DNA from: a virus
Lineage: Duplodnaviria > Caudoviricetes
Virus record (IMG/VR): IMGVR_UViG_3300028025_000966
Span: 1 to 35,264 of that record
Strand: one strand, 5' to 3'
Length of the DNA: 35,264 nucleotides
The notes beneath the pieces were generated by a model. That model was not told the DNA's origin. It made no database searches and worked only from the letters and a program-made list of their open reading frames with translations. Positions 33,836 to 35,264 of this stretch are shown here, one piece after another; position 1 is the stretch's first letter; every line of letters begins with the position of its first letter. The translations under genes were made by a program, and so were the position numbers.

Positions 33836-34608
33836 TGTATCGTAAGCTCAACCCAGCAGGCTCTACTCCTCGTGAAATATCCGAGGTAGTAAACAATCTT
33901 GTTGAAGGTAAGTCTAACAATACTGGTAGTGTTACATTAGCAACTGGTAACGCAACTACTACTACTATTACTGACGAGCGAATTGGCTATGACTCGGTTA
34001 TACTATTAGCTCCTGTATCATCAGCAGCCGGCAATAACTTAGTGCCGTATGCATCGTATCAAAATACAGTAGACCAAACATTTGCAGCAGCTAATACGGC
34101 TTATACTGTTGCATTAAATACGACAGATATTGCTGATGGTTCATATTTATCAGCAAATAAGATATATGTAAGAAATGCCGGTACTTATAATGTACAATTT
34201 TCATTACAACTAGCAAATACTACTACACAAATTGATGCAACTTCTATATGGTTAAAAGTAAATGGAGTAAATATTGATGGTACTGCTAGTAAGTTTGATG
34301 TACCAGCAAAGCATGGTTCTTCTGATGGTTATTTAATAGCCGTGGCTAACTTTTTTGTTACCTGTAGCGCTGGTGATTACATTGAACTTGGCATAGCAAT
34401 TGCTGCAACTGGTACTTATATAGAAGCATACGCAGCACAAACTACACCATTTGCTAGACCATCAATACCGTCTAGCGTAGTAACATTGACATTAGCATCG
34501 CCAATACAATCACCGTACATTAGCGCACAATCTAAAGGTACTGCAACTTTGACACATTATGCTAACTCAGTAGCAAACAAGACATACAAATACTTGGTGG
34601 TTGGCTAA
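33835..34608 (+). CDS. Tail protein with central C1q/TNF-like beta-sandwich
   Basis: AGTYNVQFSLQL..IWLKVNG..AGDYIEL. Confidence 0.65.
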   Translation: MYRKLNPAGSTPREISEVVNNLVEGKSNNTGSVTLATGNATTTTITDERIGYDSVILLAPVSSAAGNNLVPYASYQNTVDQTFAAANTAYTVALNTTDIADGSYLSANKIYVRNAGTYNVQFSLQLANTTTQIDATSIWLKVNGVNIDGTASKFDVPAKHGSSDGYLIAVANFFVTCSAGDYIELGIAIAATGTYIEAYAAQTTPFARPSIPSSVVTLTLASPIQSPYISAQSKGTATLTHYANSVANKTYKYLVVG

Positions 34609-34997
34609 TGGACTTTTCTTACGTAAAACCTAACGAACTGCGCCATTGCTGGTGGTGGGTTCGCATGGGTCTTGAGAAGGTTCGTGCTAAAGGGCATTCA
34701 GAATGGCTTGCAGAAGACATATATTGCGACTGCTACGAGCAACGCTCAATGTTGTGGGTATTACCAGAAAAGAAAGGTTTTATTGTATTACAGCCTAACG
34801 GTGCAGAGATGCACATTTGGGCAGCATGGTTAGATTCAAGCAACCCTGATGATTTATCCTTTGGACTTGAGTTTGCCAAGAGCATTGCTAAACAAGGCAA
34901 TTGCACAAAAGTGACGTTTGCATCCATGAGAAGTGGCTGGGAAACGAGAGCAAAACAATTAGGTTTTAGACCAAGACATTGGGAATTACGCATTTAG
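34608..34997 (+). CDS. GNAT-like fold assembly protein (T7 gp13/P22 gp14-like position)
   Basis: MHIWAAW..AKQGNCTKVTFASMRSGW..AKQLGF; precedes ejection genes. Confidence 0.55.
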   Translation: MDFSYVKPNELRHCWWWVRMGLEKVRAKGHSEWLAEDIYCDCYEQRSMLWVLPEKKGFIVLQPNGAEMHIWAAWLDSSNPDDLSFGLEFAKSIAKQGNCTKVTFASMRSGWETRAKQLGFRPRHWELRI

Positions 34998-35006
34998 GAG
35001 ATTTAC

Positions 35007-35264
35007 ATGAGATATAACCATTTAGATATGTTGCCAGAATTAGCATTTAAACCAGTCGGCAAACGCATGACATTAGAAGGTATGGGTGGTGGCGGTAGTC
35101 AGCAACAACAATCAACTACCGGTATTGACCCAATACTTAAGCCATACGTTGAATATGGTTTAGGTGAAGCTAAGAACCTTTATCAAGGTGCTAGTCCGCA
35201 ATACTATCCGGGTCAAACTTATGTTGCCCCATCTGCACAAACTACTCAAGCCTTGGCAGCAGCC
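35007..35264 (+). CDS. 5' part of first ejection protein (continues at 135-1001)
   Basis: AGGAG RBS; MRYNHLDMLPELAFKPVGKRMTLEGMGGGGSQQQQSTTGIDPILKPY...; open to window end. Confidence 0.8.
   Translation, partial: MRYNHLDMLPELAFKPVGKRMTLEGMGGGGSQQQQSTTGIDPILKPYVEYGLGEAKNLYQGASPQYYPGQTYVAPSAQTTQALAAA
35131..35264. repeat. Terminal direct repeat, right copy
   Basis: Matches 1-134 at 133/134 positions. Confidence 0.97.

Noticed and set aside
35131-35264. Biological fixed terminal repeat (T7-like DTR)
   Set aside because: It falls mid-gene, has a length typical of assembler overlaps and contains a SNP; better explained as circular overlap.

Overview
The window is an apparently complete, circularly permuted genome of a short-tailed (podovirus-type) dsDNA phage. 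Bases 1-134 recur at 35131-35264 with one synonymous mismatch, giving a unit length of about 35,130 bp. The + strand late region (18385 through the end and on to 7113) encodes small pre-terminase proteins, TerS/TerL, a P22-like portal, scaffold, DUF5309/SU10-type capsid, adaptor, several short tail-fibre/chaperone modules, tail tube/stabilisation protein, ejection proteins, an M15 endolysin/holin/Rz/embedded Rz1 lysis cassette and an ART-fold protein. Leftward early genes (7152-13526) include a metallophosphoesterase, Ea/Ead-like modular proteins, SSB, YqaJ exonuclease and a Rad52/Sak-like annealase. Rightward genes (13627-18001) form a lambdoid-style replication/nin region: VRR-NUC, DUF1376 initiator, P-like loader, XRE HTH, NinB and Ref-like nuclease. 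I recognise no integrase, CI-type repressor, DNA polymerase, tRNA or CRISPR. Best finds missed by the ORF track: (1) a stand-alone pqqA cassette (PQQ precursor peptide, 18029-18100, minus strand) pointing to a methylotrophic Methylophilaceae-type host; (2) a C4/CI-like structured RNA with its two complementary targets in the initiator leader; (3) a multi-hairpin/pseudoknot late leader; (4) one hairpin motif shared by the TerS and scaffold translation starts; (5) a deletion scar of a lost tail-fibre cassette; (6) a cassette-shuffling TKDEAL gene family with long identical repeats. Family assignments come from motif recognition by eye, not database searches.
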